Assembly (NCBI GenBank): GCA_963760795.1
Contig: CAVXEP010000020.1
Coordinates: 64,001-128,000, forward strand
Source: an uncultured delta proteobacterium
GTDB taxonomy: Bacteria; Desulfobacterota; Binatia; UBA9968
Length of the DNA stretch: 64,000 bases
Direction of reading: 5' to 3'
Notes under the pieces: model-generated
What the model saw: only the letters and a program-made list of their open reading frames with translations
Told to the model about the DNA's origin: nothing
Database searches by the model: none
Part shown: positions 61,302 through 64,000 of the stretch, one piece after another
How positions within the stretch are numbered: position 1 is the first letter of the stretch
How the letters are laid out: the number at the start of each line of letters is the position of its first letter
Position numbers and translations under genes: made by a program

Positions 61302-62585
61302 ATGCGCATCGTTTACTACGTCAATCAATTTTTCGGCGGCATCGGCGCGGAAGAACATGCCGGCGCGCCACTGGAATTTCGCGACGGCGCATTGGGGCCA
61401 GCGAAGTTGTTCGAACAGCTCATGGGCGAAGATACGACGGTAACCATGACAATCGTCTGCGGTGACAATCATGCCGTCGAACATCAAGACCAGGTAACCG
61501 CGGCGGTGTTGGAGAAGGTTCGCGCCACCGGCGCGGATCTCTTCGCCGCCGGTCCCTGCTTCGATGCCGGCCGTTACGGCATGGCCGCCGGCGCAATCTG
61601 CAGCGCCATACAGAGCGAGTTGGGGATTCCCGCGATCACCGCGATGCACGTGGAGAATCCCGGTGTCGATCTTTTCCGCGAGCAGCTTCACATCGTCGAC
61701 TCGGGGAACAGTATCGCCAAGATGCGCGATATCATCGCCACCATGGCAAAGCTCGGCAAAAAACTCGTCGCCAAGCAACCCATCGGGCTGCCGGCCGAGG
61801 AAGGCTATATCAGCCGCGGCCTGCTGCGCGATCAACTCGGCGACAAGACCGCGGCCACGCGCATGATCGATATGCTCATAGCCAAAATGAACGGCGAAAA
61901 GTTCGATTCCGAAATGCTGCCGAACGCGTTCGCGCCCGTGCCGATGCCGGCGCGGATTAAAGACATGTCGAAAGCCAAGCTGATGGTTATCACCGACGGC
62001 GGGCTGGTGCCCAAGGGGAATCCCGACAAGATCGAAGGCACTGCGGCGACTCGTTGGGGCGCCTATAACATCGAAGGCAGCGATGATTTACGCAGTGAGG
62101 ACTACGAAGTCTCGCACGGCGGCTACGATACGCGATTCGTCCAGGACGATCCCGACCGTTTGGTACCCCTCGACGCCCTGCGCGAGCTGGAAAAGAGCGG
62201 CGTCATCGGCAAACTGCACGAGGAGTTTCTCTCCACCTGCGGCCGTTCCAATCCGCTCTCGAACACCCGCCGACTGGGACGGGAAATGGTGGAAAAAATC
62301 AAGCGCGACGGCGTCGACGCGGTGATCCTCACGTCAACTTGAGGCACCAGCACTCGCAGCGGCGCTGCGATCACCACCGAACTCGAAAAGGCCGGCATCC
62401 CGGTCGTGCAAATCACCTCCGCGCTGCCGATCGCCAAAATGGTCGGCTCCAACCGCGTCGTTTTAGGCACTGGAATTGTCCATGTGACTGGCGACGCCAA
62501 GTTACCGCTGAAGGATGAAAAAGAGCTGCGCCGCAAGCTCGTCCAACAAGCCCTCGACGCGTTGCAGTCGAATGAGAAACAGTAG
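61302..62585 (+). CDS. grdB: Glycine/sarcosine/betaine reductase selenoprotein B-like (Sec at TGA 62340-62342)
   Basis: MRIVYYVNQFFGGIG, CGDN, AGP.F.AGRYG, ENPG, TDGGLVPKGNPD, HGGYD, DPDRLVPLD, VDAVILTST-UGA-GTSTRSGA...EKAGIPVV...VGSNR; 80 in-frame codons follow the UGA before TAG. Confidence 0.9.
62354..62370 (+). promoter_or_regulatory. Bacterial SECIS-like hairpin
   Basis: TCGCAGC-GGC-GCTGCGA; the apical loop starts with G, 18 nt after the UGA. Confidence 0.75.
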
Positions 62586-62640
62586 CAGGCGGCTGTAAAA
62601 CTCACATCTTCGGCGCGTTCCCAATGACAAGAAGACTTTT

Positions 62641-62716
62641 ATCACGAAGGCACGAAGGACACGAAGTTTCGCAAATTAAATCTCTTACCTTCGTGATCTT
62701 CGTCCTTACGTGGTGA
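62641..62716. repeat. (cacgaagg)n periodic repeat with an inverted copy
   Basis: atcacgaaggcacgaaggacacgaag ... cttcgtgatcttcgtccttacgtggtga between convergent genes. Confidence 0.75.
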
Positions 62717-62725
62717 GTCTTAGGA

Positions 62726-64000
62726 TCATCCCTTGGCTGCGATTTCGTCCAAAACCGGTAGCAGATAGCTTCGGAACACTTCGTAGTTCTCCGTCATCGG
62801 GAAGTGGCCTAGCCCTTTCATCTCGACAAACTTCGATCCTTTGATGTGCTCTGCGAGCGCGCGGGTTTCGATCGGCGAATTGCCCCAATCATACTCACCG
62901 GTCAGTAAGTAGACGGGAATCTTCGAAGTGTCGATTTGTGCCGCCTTTTCCTCCGTCAGCCCGTGATCGATGAAGTTGTAGTACAGATCGCCCTTGGAAA
63001 CCGACGGCGAGCTTTGGCCGTAGATCCAGGCAACCTCGCGGCGGTAGGTTTCTGGATTGCCCGGTGCGGTCTTGCCGTACATGGTCGCCATGCGCATCTC
63101 GTTGCCGATACGCGGGTGATCGTGGAAATCGAGCGAACGAGCCATGCTGTATTTGCTCGCGCCCGATTCAAGCCCGACCACGGCACGGAACTTATCCGGA
63201 TGCTCTAGCGCCAGATTTATCGCCAACCGGCCACCGATCGAGCAACCGACATAAACGGGTTGTGTCAAGTGCAACGCGCCGCTGATCGCGATTTGGCACT
63301 CGACAAAAAAACTTCGCGTCAATTTATATTCCTGCTTCCACCACTCGACACTTTCCGGCGGCGACGACTTGCCGTGGTAGGGGATATCGGGAACGATGAC
63401 ACGAAAGCGCCGGGTAATTTCCTCGTCATTCAAGAGATGGCGCCACTGCCGGCCATCGGACGCCGCGGTGTGCTGGCAGAGCAGCGGAATGCCTTGGCCG
63501 TTTTCTTCAAAATAAATCCGGTATTCAATCCCCAAGATGTCCACGTGGAGGTATCTGCCGACAATCGCCTCGCATCCCCCTCGATCGAATTTCGCCGCCG
63601 GGCCGGACTGAATCGTCGATCCGGTTTGGCACTCCCGAAAAATATCGAGCATGCGATTCACGGCCCAAAAGTGTGCGAACATCGCTTCGATGTCGCCGCC
63701 GACGTCGAAATGCCGGCGCGCCATCAGGCCCGACAGGTCGGAAAAATAGGCTGGCGGCTGTCGCTGTAAAAACTTCTCCCACGCCGCCGCCGAACCCTTG
63801 ATGAAAAAACTCCAGGGATTCATGAACGTGGGATTGAGCTGAATTTGGGTGACGATACCGTCACGCAGCTTGACGATACACTCGGCGTCGTCAACCGCCA
63901 AAAGAATGTCTTTGGAAAAAAAACGGCTGGCGCGGCAAAACTCTCGGTCGTTGTTTAGGGTGTGACACACCCGGCCGATTTGGTCTTGTTGAAGAAAGCA
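62726..64000 (-). CDS. Alpha/beta hydrolase with N-terminal SCP2-like domain (5' end may lie beyond the window)
   Basis: HTAASDGRQW, DIPYHGKS, GCSIGG nucleophile elbow, LTGEYD, LGHFP; the frame stays open to position 64000. Confidence 0.85.
   Translation of the reverse strand, partial: CFLQQDQIGRVCHTLNNDREFCRASRFFSKDILLAVDDAECIVKLRDGIVTQIQLNPTFMNPWSFFIKGSAAAWEKFLQRQPPAYFSDLSGLMARRHFDVGGDIEAMFAHFWAVNRMLDIFRECQTGSTIQSGPAAKFDRGGCEAIVGRYLHVDILGIEYRIYFEENGQGIPLLCQHTAASDGRQWRHLLNDEEITRRFRVIVPDIPYHGKSSPPESVEWWKQEYKLTRSFFVECQIAISGALHLTQPVYVGCSIGGRLAINLALEHPDKFRAVVGLESGASKYSMARSLDFHDHPRIGNEMRMATMYGKTAPGNPETYRREVAWIYGQSSPSVSKGDLYYNFIDHGLTEEKAAQIDTSKIPVYLLTGEYDWGNSPIETRALAEHIKGSKFVEMKGLGHFPMTENYEVFRSYLLPVLDEIAAKG

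Overview
GC-rich bacterial chromosomal segment, densely coding. I found no rRNA, tRNA, CRISPR array, integrase or transposase. The gene mix is 16 solute-binding proteins (mostly orphan), 4 amidohydrolases, 3 class II aldolases, 2 luciferase-like monooxygenases, 2 family III CoA-transferases, a Rieske dioxygenase pair and VOC proteins. This resembles Candidatus Binatia / 'Deltaproteobacteria' soil MAGs (inference). About 16 single-base frameshifts in 14 otherwise intact genes suggest long-read consensus errors. Main findings: (1) a GrdB-family selenoprotein with an in-frame UGA and a bSECIS-like hairpin, whose UxxCxxC motif has become UxxSxxS, paired with a GrdE-like protein lacking the pyruvoyl-forming Cys and with no GrdA/C/D in the window; (2) an operon of a His-rich LVIVD beta-propeller, a secreted rhodanese, CopC and a CopD-cytochrome c-thioredoxin-fold fusion, a candidate periplasmic Cu(-S) enzyme with its maturation system; (3) two blocks ending in an SBP gene that are followed directly by a diverged ~80-bp copy of the 3' end of the gene preceding the block, an integrase-free cassette-acquisition scar; (4) a perfect 35-bp palindrome inside an ORF6N DNA-binding gene; (5) several families of intergenic REP-like and 8-9-bp periodic repeats.
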